This document shows, in pieces, positions 1 through 8,829 of a DNA stretch of 64,000 bases. The position numbers and the translations under genes are program-made. The notes under the pieces are model-generated. The model made no database searches. It was not told where the DNA came from and was given only the letters and a program-made list of their open reading frames with translations. How positions within the stretch are numbered: the first letter of the stretch is position 1; each line of letters opens with the position of its first letter. Origin of the DNA: a bacterium (GTDB lineage: Bacteria; Verrucomicrobiota; Verrucomicrobiia; Limisphaerales; UBA11358); NCBI GenBank assembly GCA_021813325.1, contig JAKALA010000013.1, positions 3,503-67,502 of the forward strand, written 5' to 3'.

Positions 1-102
1 TTTCTGAAGGTTAACACTCACATTGTTCGTTCTTTGCGGCTCAGCGCCCGCTACAAAGCAACAAAATGCGAACGATGCCAAAACCCATGACCGAAAATTC
101 AT
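1..102 (-). CDS. partial CDS (first 34 codons, continues past left window edge): signal-peptide protein, candidate immunity partner of the adjacent toxin fragment
   Basis: Not in the supplied track because it is too short. Minus-strand ATG at 102-100 with AAAGGAGG (complement of 108-115) 5 nt upstream. Translation MNFRSWVLASFAFCCFVAGAEPQRTNNVSVNLQK stays open to position 1 and has an n-h-c signal-peptide layout. Confidence 0.45.
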   Translation of the reverse strand, partial: MNFRSWVLASFAFCCFVAGAEPQRTNNVSVNLQK

Positions 103-119
103 TCATTCCTCCTTTTGGC

Positions 120-1031
120 TTAATCACCACAGTAACATTTGCACTTTGCATACCAACTTGGCAGCATCGATTCAAACTGCTTTAAAGTGTAATTATAGGC
201 AGCGACATAGCGAGCGTCCCATTCAGGACCCGGGCCAAGCGGCTCAGTGCCCCAGCCAGGATGTTCGCCCCCTCCTGTCGATCCAAAACTGGAAGGGAAA
301 AAGTTACCTCGACTGTCAGGATCACCGGTTACGCCAACGGAAAAGGCGTTAAACCCAGGGTATTCGCTCAGGTAACCGGGACCATTACGCCCTCCGCCGC
401 CGTTTCGCCTAATCGCATGAATGAAGAAGTCCTGTCAAGAGTGCGAAAGACGTCCTATCGCCTTGAGCGCTTCTTTGCATCCTTTCTTCCCCCCAGTTTG
501 TAGTGCGCGAGAAAGCGCCGCTTCTTCTTCATTTAGGTAATTCCCGTAAGCCCCATCGCCTGCACGTCCAGCTTGATCGTAATTTGATTGGCCAACATTG
601 CCTTGAGAAGTGACGTCTCGATTGTAATGCCGTCGATTCTCCCAAAGATTTCCACCAATTCCCCATCCATCTTGACCGTGGTTCGCTTTCAATATGGTTT
701 TTAGCATCTTGTTCCGACAGTCCCATGAATTACCCAAATCAACTGCGTCAAAGGCCTCAGTGGTCAAAAATGTGTGATCGCCAGCCCCATACAGCCCACC
801 AACATCATACTGACAAATCGGGCAATTTCCCACGAACCCATACAGATTCAGCCCGCCTCTTTCCCCAATCGGGTCTCTGGATGGCCAAACTCTGATCAAC
901 CGGCCATCAGACCTCCGGCACGCGGGACGGGGCGGGAGTGTTGTAGGCGTAATCCGCCGGGTGCGGCAGACTTTCCGGCTGCCTGATCTTTCACCACCGT
1001 AGCACTGTAGTCGTTGTAGTCGCATCTTCAT
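120..1031 (-). pseudogene. orphan Rhs-repeat-associated core tip plus C-terminal toxin domain, interrupted by an in-frame TGA at 437-435
   Basis: Track ORF 435..1031 contains SRDPIGERGGLNLYGFVGNCPICQYDVGGL, the hallmark end of Rhs/YD core domains (DPIG..GG.NLY.Y..N.P....DPxGL). No YD-repeat body lies upstream. The same frame stays open after the TGA for 104 more codons, to the TAA at 122-120. Confidence 0.6.
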
Positions 1032-1207
1032 CCCTCGTGCTTCGCACCGAAGTGACGTGGCTCAAAGTCGCGCGCATTTCCAGTGCAAATGATGACGAAG
1101 TATTCCGGAAAATGTTCTTGCCGGCAAGTTCCATCATGGAACTTCCACATCAATTTGGGCACAGAGGCACTGTGCCCGAAGGTGCCAATATCTTTGTGAT
1201 CTACCAT
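1028..1207 (-). CDS. 59-codon hypothetical ORF, ATGA-overlapped with the Rhs-tip ORF (possibly only a degraded Rhs remnant)
   Basis: Hand translation gives MVDHKDIGTFGHSASVPKLMWKFHDGTCRQEHFPEYFVIICTGNARDFEPRHFGAKHEG. Its TGA (1030-1028) overlaps the ATG (1031-1029) of the downstream ORF. It falls just under the 60-aa track cutoff and I recognise no family. Confidence 0.2.
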   Translation of the reverse strand: MVDHKDIGTFGHSASVPKLMWKFHDGTCRQEHFPEYFVIICTGNARDFEPRHFGAKHEG

Positions 1208-1345
1208 ATTTTCGGCGGGCCGCCAAACAACCTAGTCCAGCGACCTGCGCTCTCCAACTCCGGACTCCGGGTTGAATTTTGTCAGCGGATCATATCCTAA
1301 ATAGCCATTCAAAATCGACGCCGCCCCGTTTTCCCATCGGGTCTT

Positions 1346-2032
1346 TTATCTGGCCGTCCGGCGTTTGCAAAACACCATCAGCGTCGCGAGTCCACCGGCC
1401 AGCATGGCCCAGGTCTGGGGTTCCGGCACCGTGATAATTGTCAGGATTGCCTGGTTCAGTGTCGCCGCGTTGCCGCCGTTCAAATCCGCGATCAACAGAG
1501 TCCAAGTGCCATTCGCATCCGATCCGGCATATTGCCCGAGACCAGCCGTGACCGCCGCGCTGTCAAACGCCAAGGGCAGTGAATTAGGCGCGATGTCCCG
1601 TCCGTCCGCCGCCCATGTGCCGGTCAGCCTGCCATTCAAGCCCATCGTCGGACTGTAATTCTGGTATAGATGCACGTCGTCTGTCGCCAAACCACCCAGC
1701 GTGATGTTTAACCCCGTATCGCTGTAGCCTAAAATATTTCCCGACGTCATTCCCAGCCGATTCAGTAATATCGAGGTTGTGCCCTGCGGACTGACCAGAT
1801 ACGCATACAGGTCTCCGTTGAATCCGCCCGAGATGTCCAGCGTCACTTGCACATCCAGGATGCTCCCTTCCGTCGCGCCACTCACCGTGAAATCGTGCGT
1901 CAATCCCACCGGGCTTCCGTCTGGAATCGCCAGCGTAGCATTCCAGTTGAAGTCATACGTGTAGTCCGTCGCCTGAACCACGGTCCCCACCCCAAGCAGG
2001 GTTGCCGTCAGTAGCTTTTGCATGTTCGTCAT
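1346..2032 (-). CDS. stand-alone proprotein-convertase P-domain protein with PEP-CTERM sorting tail
   Basis: DLYAYLVSPQGTTSILLNRLG and NGTWTLLIADLNGGNAATLNQAILTI match P-domain (PF01483-type) signatures. The C-terminus VPEPQTWAMLAGGLATLMVFCKRRTAR is PEP + TM + basic. The likely start is MTNMQKLL (signal peptide), 33 nt after the upstream stop. Confidence 0.8.
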   Translation of the reverse strand: MTNMQKLLTATLLGVGTVVQATDYTYDFNWNATLAIPDGSPVGLTHDFTVSGATEGSILDVQVTLDISGGFNGDLYAYLVSPQGTTSILLNRLGMTSGNILGYSDTGLNITLGGLATDDVHLYQNYSPTMGLNGRLTGTWAADGRDIAPNSLPLAFDSAAVTAGLGQYAGSDANGTWTLLIADLNGGNAATLNQAILTIITVPEPQTWAMLAGGLATLMVFCKRRTAR

Positions 2033-2064
2033 GGTGTTCGTTTTTGTTAAGGGGTTCGCCTGAA

Positions 2065-5010
2065 TCAATTCTGCCACTTGAGCCGGTAATAAGCCGCCCC
2101 AACGCCCGGATTATCGACAACATTGATCTCCACGTTGCCCGTCGTCAGCGTGTTGGTGCTGATGGGTGTCCAACTGCCCAAATCAAGAGAACGTTCGACC
2201 ACGTAGGTGTAACCGGGCACACCGTAGAACTTGAGCGAAATGTTGCCCGAACCGTCCGTGTGCAACTGCGGGCTTTGCTGGCCGAAAACTGAGGCCGTGT
2301 CCACATTCACGTTTAGCGTGCCGCTGGTGCTCCCGCCACGACCATCATCTGCCGTGTAAGTGAAGCTGTCATTCGCATCACTCGGGCCGGGTGTGTAGAG
2401 CACATAATTGCCGACCGACTGGAGGGTGGCGCCACTGACATTGGGAGTGCCGGTGACGGTGATGGTTTTCCCGGCGATCGCCCCGCTGACCAGGTCGGTG
2501 ATCGGGATCTTCACGCTGGCGCCCGGGCTGTGTGACACGGTTGCGCCGGTGGCCGTCGGCCACACGTTGTAGGTCAGGGTCTGATAATTATTGCCGGTAA
2601 ACCAGTTGGTGCCGGTGGCAGGCAGAATGGCCGGCAGGTTGACCGTGCTGAACGCCCCGCCGGGCGTCACATTGAACAAAGTGAATGTGTCACCATCCGC
2701 CAAATCATCGCCACCGACGTTCACGTTCAACGTGCCATCCGCCGTGACGCTGCTCCCGGCAACCTGGCCGCTGGTCAAAGTGGAACCCGCCTTGGTGGCA
2801 TTGAGAGTCAACGTGCCAGAACTGTTGAGGGCATAGCTGCCACCGGTCACACCGGAGACATCAAACGTTGCTCCCGGAGCCACGCTGATATTTGGACTGG
2901 CCAGTGAACCGCTGCCACTCAAGGCCAGTGTGCCGGCACTGATGGTGGTGTCACCCGTGTAGGTATTGGCGCTGGTCAAGATCAGTGAGCCTGCGCCCCT
3001 TGTTGTCAGCGGCCCGCTTCCCGAAATTACGGAGGTTACCGTCGCGTCGAATCCACCATTGTCAATCACCGCGCCGCCCGTTTCCAAAACAAACGACACG
3101 GTCGAAATGAACGTGCTCAATTGCGAATTCGTGGCCACCTGGATGGTGCCGCCGTTCGCGTAGAAAATCCCCGTGCCGCTGCTGCTACCTGCAATTGTCG
3201 GCGTCACCAAACTCCCGCCGTCCATATGATATTCACCGTAGGCGCCCGTTCCGTTGCCAAGCTTCACTCCGGCGGTCGTCTTCGCATTGTCGAACCATTG
3301 GATGGTGCCGCCGGTTTGATAAACCATACCCGTGGTGTAATTGGCCGCGCCCACCAAAAGTCCGACCGCCGTGGGCCCTAATTCCAGCGCCCCCGAGCTG
3401 AGGCGCAGGAGGCTCGTTCCAGGATCACTCGCAACGTGCCCAAGCCGGACATTCGGCGTGCCGGTGGCGGTGCCCACCGCGTAGATGCCGTTGTTGGTGA
3501 TGTCCAGTTCCGCCGTCGCGCCCACTGAATACAGGCGGATGCCGTCGTCCACGTTGGTGGCAGTGGCGCCGTCGATCACCACGCGGCTGGCATGAATGTC
3601 CAGTCCGCCTTGTCCAATATTATTCAGCGAATCCGTGATGCGAACGGTGCCGCCGCCCATCACGTGCAGATCGAAATCGCCGGGGTCGGGCGCAATCGGA
3701 CCGGCGAAGGTAAAATTGCCATTCGTCACCGAGACTTGCGACGCAGCCTGGAGCACCACGGTATTGGTGATGGTTCGGTCACCGCCGGCGGCCAGAATGC
3801 CACCGCCAAGATTGATGGGGCCGGCGCCGAGCGCGCCGTCATTGTCCATTTCCAAGGTGCCACCCGATATCGTTGCCCCACCTAAAAAGGAGTTGGCCAT
3901 GCTGAACGTCGCGGTCCCGGAGCCCAGCTTGGTCAGACTGCCGGTGCCGGCGATGGAGCCGCTCCCGCTGAAAGCATAATTGTTCGCGGTGTTGTTCAGC
4001 GTGATCAAAGCCGGGCTGACGGTTTCGGAAACATTGACGTTGGTATTCACGCTGGTGTCATCGAAGGTCACATTCTTGCCGTTGGCAAACTTGCTGCTCA
4101 CGCCCAATACCGAGTTCATCCAGTTCACGCTGCTGGCGTTCCAGGCGTTGGCACTGCCATCGCCCGTCCAGACGAGCTGTGCATCGGCAAGCGAAATGGT
4201 CTCAACCTTCAGATTGTCCACCGCGAATCCGATGTCCAATCGGGCGCTGACGGCCAGATAATTGGCATTGGCGTCGTGCCAGGCGAAATTTGTGCTCACC
4301 ACCAGGGAATCATCGATGTAAACAAAAACAACCACATTGTCGCCCGCGTTAAAACCTGCCGGATAGAAGTCCGCCCGCAAAGTGTGGGCCACGCCGGCCG
4401 CCGTGCCCACGTTCATGTCATACTGGAAATTATTCAAAGCGGCACCCTGAAAAAAGATTTGCACATCGCCACCGCCATTCAAAGTCCAGCAGGTGTAAAA
4501 ATCCGCCACGCCCGGATAGCTCGCATTGTTGAACCGTCCGCGCGGGCCCGTGGTGTTGTTGTAGTCCAAATTCAGGTTGGCCAGTTCGTTAATCGAAATG
4601 CCCACGCCGAATCCACAGTAATTATCAACCGCAGTCTGGCTGGAGGGCAGCTTCGTCATGTCCATGGAGATGCGGAAACCGCCATCCGTGAGAATCTGGC
4701 TGTCAATAAAGTTGTGAGACTGGAGCGCCACCACACTCATGTTGTTGCCATACGCCAGGTAAAGGCTGTTGTTCGTCACCTGGGTCATGGCTTCATTGTT
4801 GGGCGTCGGCAGCACGTCCGACTCCCAATAAGTCATGGGCGCGTCGATCCCGCTCATGCCGTTGGTGGTCGCATCGATGTTGAAGTCGTTCGCTCGGTCA
4901 AAACTGTCGGCAAACAACACGGTTTGCGCTTCGACGCGAAGGCCGGTCATGATGAGTGCGGCGCCCGCGAGGACGGCCGCCGCCATGGGTTGCAGGCTAT
5001 ACTTGATCAT
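2065..5010 (-). CDS. secreted 981-aa protein: LamG/lectin-like N-domain, autotransporter-associated beta-strand repeats, cadherin/Ig-like domain, conserved C-terminal module
   Basis: Signal peptide present. Repeated G(S/T)GTLxLxxxNTYTGxTTIxxGTL units (PF12951-like). TYTADDGRGGSTSGTLNVNV is Ig/cadherin-like. The protein ends ...YTYVVERSLDLGSWTPIST...AYYRLKWQN. Confidence 0.85.
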   Translation of the reverse strand: MIKYSLQPMAAAVLAGAALIMTGLRVEAQTVLFADSFDRANDFNIDATTNGMSGIDAPMTYWESDVLPTPNNEAMTQVTNNSLYLAYGNNMSVVALQSHNFIDSQILTDGGFRISMDMTKLPSSQTAVDNYCGFGVGISINELANLNLDYNNTTGPRGRFNNASYPGVADFYTCWTLNGGGDVQIFFQGAALNNFQYDMNVGTAAGVAHTLRADFYPAGFNAGDNVVVFVYIDDSLVVSTNFAWHDANANYLAVSARLDIGFAVDNLKVETISLADAQLVWTGDGSANAWNASSVNWMNSVLGVSSKFANGKNVTFDDTSVNTNVNVSETVSPALITLNNTANNYAFSGSGSIAGTGSLTKLGSGTATFSMANSFLGGATISGGTLEMDNDGALGAGPINLGGGILAAGGDRTITNTVVLQAASQVSVTNGNFTFAGPIAPDPGDFDLHVMGGGTVRITDSLNNIGQGGLDIHASRVVIDGATATNVDDGIRLYSVGATAELDITNNGIYAVGTATGTPNVRLGHVASDPGTSLLRLSSGALELGPTAVGLLVGAANYTTGMVYQTGGTIQWFDNAKTTAGVKLGNGTGAYGEYHMDGGSLVTPTIAGSSSGTGIFYANGGTIQVATNSQLSTFISTVSFVLETGGAVIDNGGFDATVTSVISGSGPLTTRGAGSLILTSANTYTGDTTISAGTLALSGSGSLASPNISVAPGATFDVSGVTGGSYALNSSGTLTLNATKAGSTLTSGQVAGSSVTADGTLNVNVGGDDLADGDTFTLFNVTPGGAFSTVNLPAILPATGTNWFTGNNYQTLTYNVWPTATGATVSHSPGASVKIPITDLVSGAIAGKTITVTGTPNVSGATLQSVGNYVLYTPGPSDANDSFTYTADDGRGGSTSGTLNVNVDTASVFGQQSPQLHTDGSGNISLKFYGVPGYTYVVERSLDLGSWTPISTNTLTTGNVEINVVDNPGVGAAYYRLKWQN

Positions 5011-5216
5011 AGTTTCGTTTAGGGAGTTTGGATAAAAACAGGAGCCAGCCAGATGGAATCACTGGGCGCATTGCAATAGGGTTAGTGGCAACCATATCAA
5101 ACCACCAAAATCCAAACCATCGTCCAAAGCGATGAGCCGCACATGGGCATGCGGAGAGACGACCATTCCCCGGCCCAAACAAAAATGCCGGTTGAGAAAT
5201 CGAACCGAGCGAGAGC

Positions 5217-7091
5217 TTAACGCTTGATCTCTTCGCCGAGCTGCTGATGTAGTTCGGCGAGTTTGGCCGCCGGAATTTTGACGACCGCACGATCGTAGGT
5301 CATGAGCCCGTTGAGTTCGCCTTCGACGTCGGTCGTCTGCGTGTAAACGCCTGCGGAAATGCCCTTGGACTTGAGATCGACCAGCACACCGAGTGATTTC
5401 ACATAACGCGCCTCGTATTCCTCCTGCGTCTTCGGCAGACCGCCGTAACCCCAGTTGCGCATGTCAGGGTTCCAGAGATGGCCCGGCACCGGCCAGCCGT
5501 GGCCGCCGAATTCGCCCACCACTTTGATGTCGTCGTTGAACCGGTCCTGTCCCAGCGGGAAACCGGGATCGGGATATTTATGGTTGTCGGCAATATCACC
5601 GACGGGCCAGAAGTTGCCGCCGCTGGCGATGTTTACCAAACGGGTCGGATCATAGTCTTTCACCCACCTGCCCACTTCCATCGTCTGGTGCTGTCCCCAG
5701 GCCTCGTTAAACGGCGTCCACACCACGATGCAAGGCTGGTTGCGCAGCTCATCCATCATCGCCTTCAATTCTTTCATCCACTCCTGGTGGTCCGCTGCTG
5801 GCCACGCAGCATCTTCCGGGTTGGGCCGCAGATGCGTCCATTTGGGGCTGAGGCTCGCTCCACCGCGTTCCTTGCCGGTCCCGCCGCTGACCTGATCCTG
5901 CCAGAGCAACATGCCCACCCGGTCGCAGTAGGCATAGTAACGGCGCGGCTCCACCTTGATATGTTTGCGAATCATGTTGAATCCGGCCGCTTTCAGAAAA
6001 TCAATGTCCGAACACATCCCGGCGTCCGACGGCGGCGTGAGCAGGCCATCCGGCCACCATCCCTGATCCAGCGGACCCCAACAGAACAATTCTTCGCCGT
6101 TCAAGGTGAACCGCAGATTGCCATCGGCATCGCGCTTCTTTCCAATTTCACGAATGCCGGCATAGGATTTGACGGCGTCCACCGCCCGGCCTTGGGCGTC
6201 CAGCAATTCGATGTTGAGATCGTAAAGATTGGGATGCGCGGGCAACCAAAGCTGGGCATCCGCGACTGCCAGTTTGATCGGCCCCTTCCCTTCGGCGGTT
6301 GCAACTTGCCTGCCTTTCAGCGATGCGGTAACACGCACGCTCGCATCCATCGCACCGGCCACCTCCGGCGTCAATGTGATCACGGCGGGGTTGATGGTGG
6401 TGACGATTTTCACACCAGTCAGGTGAGCGCTCGGCACTTCTTCCAGCCAAACGGTTTGCCAGATGCCGGAGTCACGCGTATACCAGATGCCACCGGGATT
6501 CAGCGTTTGCTTGCCGCGCAACTGCGCTCCACCGGTGGCGTCCCCCACGCGCAACACCAGCTCATTGCCGCCTTTTTTCAGCGCATCCGTGATGTCGAAA
6601 CTGAAGGCGGTGCTCCCGCCGATATGTTCGCCAACCTGCTTGCCGTTCACCCAGACGACGGCATGATAATCCACCGCCTCGAAGTTCAACAGCACGCGGT
6701 CGCCGTCCCTGGGCTTCGCTTCAAGGGAGCGGCGATACCAAAGCGACTGATCCGGTTCGAGCAACTTGCCCACTCCCGAAAGTGTCGATTCCACGGCAAA
6801 CGGTACCAGAATTTTGCCGGTCCACTCGGCCGGTTTTGCCGCATTTTTTGCGGTAATCGCATAATCCCACAGCCCGTTCAAGTTCTGCCAAGCTTTGCGC
6901 TCGAACTGGGGCCGCGGATATTCCGACCAGGCATTGTCAGGGCTCACTTGTTTGCCCCAACGGGTCATCATCTTGTCCGGAACCGGATACCAATCGTTCT
7001 CTGCCGCTGATGCAGACTCGAGGTTGAAAGACAGCGTGGCCACAAGCGCGAGCATGGCCCCAAGACAACGGTTTGAGCTGAGGATTTTCAT
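5217..7091 (-). CDS. glycoside hydrolase family 2-like enzyme (secreted)
   Basis: Signal peptide present. The GH2 sugar-binding signature is NFEAVDYHAVVWVNGKQVGEHIGGSTAFSFDITDAL. WTPFNEAWGQ is a candidate acid/base NE motif. Confidence 0.75.
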   Translation of the reverse strand: MKILSSNRCLGAMLALVATLSFNLESASAAENDWYPVPDKMMTRWGKQVSPDNAWSEYPRPQFERKAWQNLNGLWDYAITAKNAAKPAEWTGKILVPFAVESTLSGVGKLLEPDQSLWYRRSLEAKPRDGDRVLLNFEAVDYHAVVWVNGKQVGEHIGGSTAFSFDITDALKKGGNELVLRVGDATGGAQLRGKQTLNPGGIWYTRDSGIWQTVWLEEVPSAHLTGVKIVTTINPAVITLTPEVAGAMDASVRVTASLKGRQVATAEGKGPIKLAVADAQLWLPAHPNLYDLNIELLDAQGRAVDAVKSYAGIREIGKKRDADGNLRFTLNGEELFCWGPLDQGWWPDGLLTPPSDAGMCSDIDFLKAAGFNMIRKHIKVEPRRYYAYCDRVGMLLWQDQVSGGTGKERGGASLSPKWTHLRPNPEDAAWPAADHQEWMKELKAMMDELRNQPCIVVWTPFNEAWGQHQTMEVGRWVKDYDPTRLVNIASGGNFWPVGDIADNHKYPDPGFPLGQDRFNDDIKVVGEFGGHGWPVPGHLWNPDMRNWGYGGLPKTQEEYEARYVKSLGVLVDLKSKGISAGVYTQTTDVEGELNGLMTYDRAVVKIPAAKLAELHQQLGEEIKR

Positions 7092-7365
7092 AAATTATGT
7101 AACCTGTAATTCGGGTTGCGAGCTGGGTTTGCCTCCAAGCCTACAAAAGCGGCGCGTCACGTCCATCGTCCGAAAGGCTGACCCACGCTCATGAAAATTG
7201 CATCGTCCAATTGGACTATGGTAAAAACACCGAAACATTTCTAGTCTGCTTACGTTTTAATCCCATGTATCCGCATGCTCCATCCAGTCATGCCGGGCGG
7301 ATGTGCGTCGAGATTGCCCATCTGAAACCATCAGGACGGTCAATCATTTCCACCAGAATCTGATT

Positions 7366-8820
7366 ATGAAAAAACCACAATTCCTCGGCCTCGTCACCCT
7401 GACCGTCGCCACGGCGTATTCGCCCCTCGCAAAAGCGGCGGCACCGTCGCCGGATGCGCCGCGCCCCAATGTGCTCATCATCCTGGCCGACGACTGCACC
7501 TACAACGATTTGCCGGTGTATGGCGGACAAAACGCCCATACGCCCAACCTCGATACACTGGCATCGCAGGGTTTGGTATTCAACCGCGCCTACCTTTGCA
7601 TGTCCATCTGCCAGCCGTGCCGGTCGGAACTTTACACCGGACAATTCCCCTTGCGCAACGGCTGTGCTTGGAATCATTCGGCCAGCCGGCCGACCACACG
7701 CAGTCTCCCCGAGCATCTGGATGCACTCGGCTACCGGGTGGGCATCGCCGGCAAGACGGATGTGTTCCCCAAAAAGAACTATCCGTTTGAAGACGTGCCC
7801 GGTTTTGACGACAACTGTGTGCGCAACCCCACCAAGCCGCATTCGCTGGATGGCGTTCGCGAATTCATCAGCCGCAAAAAGGACCAGCCCTTCTGTCTGG
7901 TTATCGGTCTGGTGGAACCACACGTGCCGTGGGTGATGGGCGATCCCTCGAAATATCCACCACGACAGATCAAACTGCCGCCCAACATCGCCGATACGCC
8001 ACGAACCCGCCAGGATTTCGGCAAATACCTCGCCGAAATCACCTACATGGACGGGCAAGTCGGTGAAATTCTGGCAACCCTGAAAACGGCAGGCCTGGAG
8101 GACAACACGCTGGTGTTCTTTACCAGTGAACAGGGATCGCAGTTCCCCGGCAATAAATGGACCTGCTGGGACACTGGCCTGCATACGGGCCTGTTTGCGC
8201 GCTGGCCGGGCAAGATTGCGGCGGGCAAGCGCACGGATGCCTTGGTGGAATACGCGGATGTTGTGCCAACCCTTTTGGAACTGGCGGGAGGAAATCCGAC
8301 GGATGCCAGTTACCAGTTCGACGGCACCAGCTTCACCGATGTGCTGTTCGGCAAAAACGACACGCATCGCCAGTTTACCTACGGCATTCACGACAATCTT
8401 CCGGAAGGCCCGGCCTATCCCAGCCGCACCGTATTTGATGGCCGCTGGCGTTACATCCGGAATCTCACGCCCAATGAACTCTACATTCAGAAGTATCTCA
8501 TGGGCACCCAAGGCGATGGCGGACTGAATAATCCCTATTGGGGCACGTGGGTCTTCTCCTCCGCGGCCAAGCCTCGTTCCTACGACCTCGTCAAACGCTA
8601 CATGCTCCGTCCCGCCGAGGAATTATATGACACCGACGCCGATCACTACGAAATGCACAATCTCGCGACCGACCCCAGCCTGGCGGATACCAAAGCCCGA
8701 TTGAGCGCCGAGTTGGATCGCTGGATGAAAACACAAGGCGACCCCGGCATTCCCATGGACACCCATGAAGCGTTGGACGCCGCCAAGCGAGGGGAACACA
8801 AATACTATCCGAAAGAGTAG
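7366..8820 (+). CDS. formylglycine-dependent sulfatase (arylsulfatase family)
   Basis: Start chosen at MKKPQFLGLV (signal peptide). NVLIILADD plus the CQPCRSELYTG C-x-P-x-R maturation motif. Sulfatase-like throughout. Confidence 0.9.
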   Translation: MKKPQFLGLVTLTVATAYSPLAKAAAPSPDAPRPNVLIILADDCTYNDLPVYGGQNAHTPNLDTLASQGLVFNRAYLCMSICQPCRSELYTGQFPLRNGCAWNHSASRPTTRSLPEHLDALGYRVGIAGKTDVFPKKNYPFEDVPGFDDNCVRNPTKPHSLDGVREFISRKKDQPFCLVIGLVEPHVPWVMGDPSKYPPRQIKLPPNIADTPRTRQDFGKYLAEITYMDGQVGEILATLKTAGLEDNTLVFFTSEQGSQFPGNKWTCWDTGLHTGLFARWPGKIAAGKRTDALVEYADVVPTLLELAGGNPTDASYQFDGTSFTDVLFGKNDTHRQFTYGIHDNLPEGPAYPSRTVFDGRWRYIRNLTPNELYIQKYLMGTQGDGGLNNPYWGTWVFSSAAKPRSYDLVKRYMLRPAEELYDTDADHYEMHNLATDPSLADTKARLSAELDRWMKTQGDPGIPMDTHEALDAAKRGEHKYYPKE

Positions 8821-8829
8821 GCTGATTTT

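Noticed and set aside
435-437. TGA inside the toxin frame as selenocysteine or as Trp/Gly in an alternative genetic code
   Set aside because: Well-supported genes in the window (for example nifJ, mntR, the Yip1-domain gene) terminate at TGA at their expected ends, so the standard code applies. I saw no obvious SECIS-like hairpin just downstream. A nonsense mutation or low-level read-through is more parsimonious.
5478-7010. 510-aa plus-strand ORF
   Set aside because: It is antisense to the GH2 gene, and its composition is shadow-ORF-like.
7288-8511. 407-aa minus-strand ORF
   Set aside because: It lies entirely antisense to the clearly recognisable sulfatase gene. Its Arg/Gly/His/Ala-rich composition is typical of shadow ORFs in GC-rich DNA, and it has no motif.
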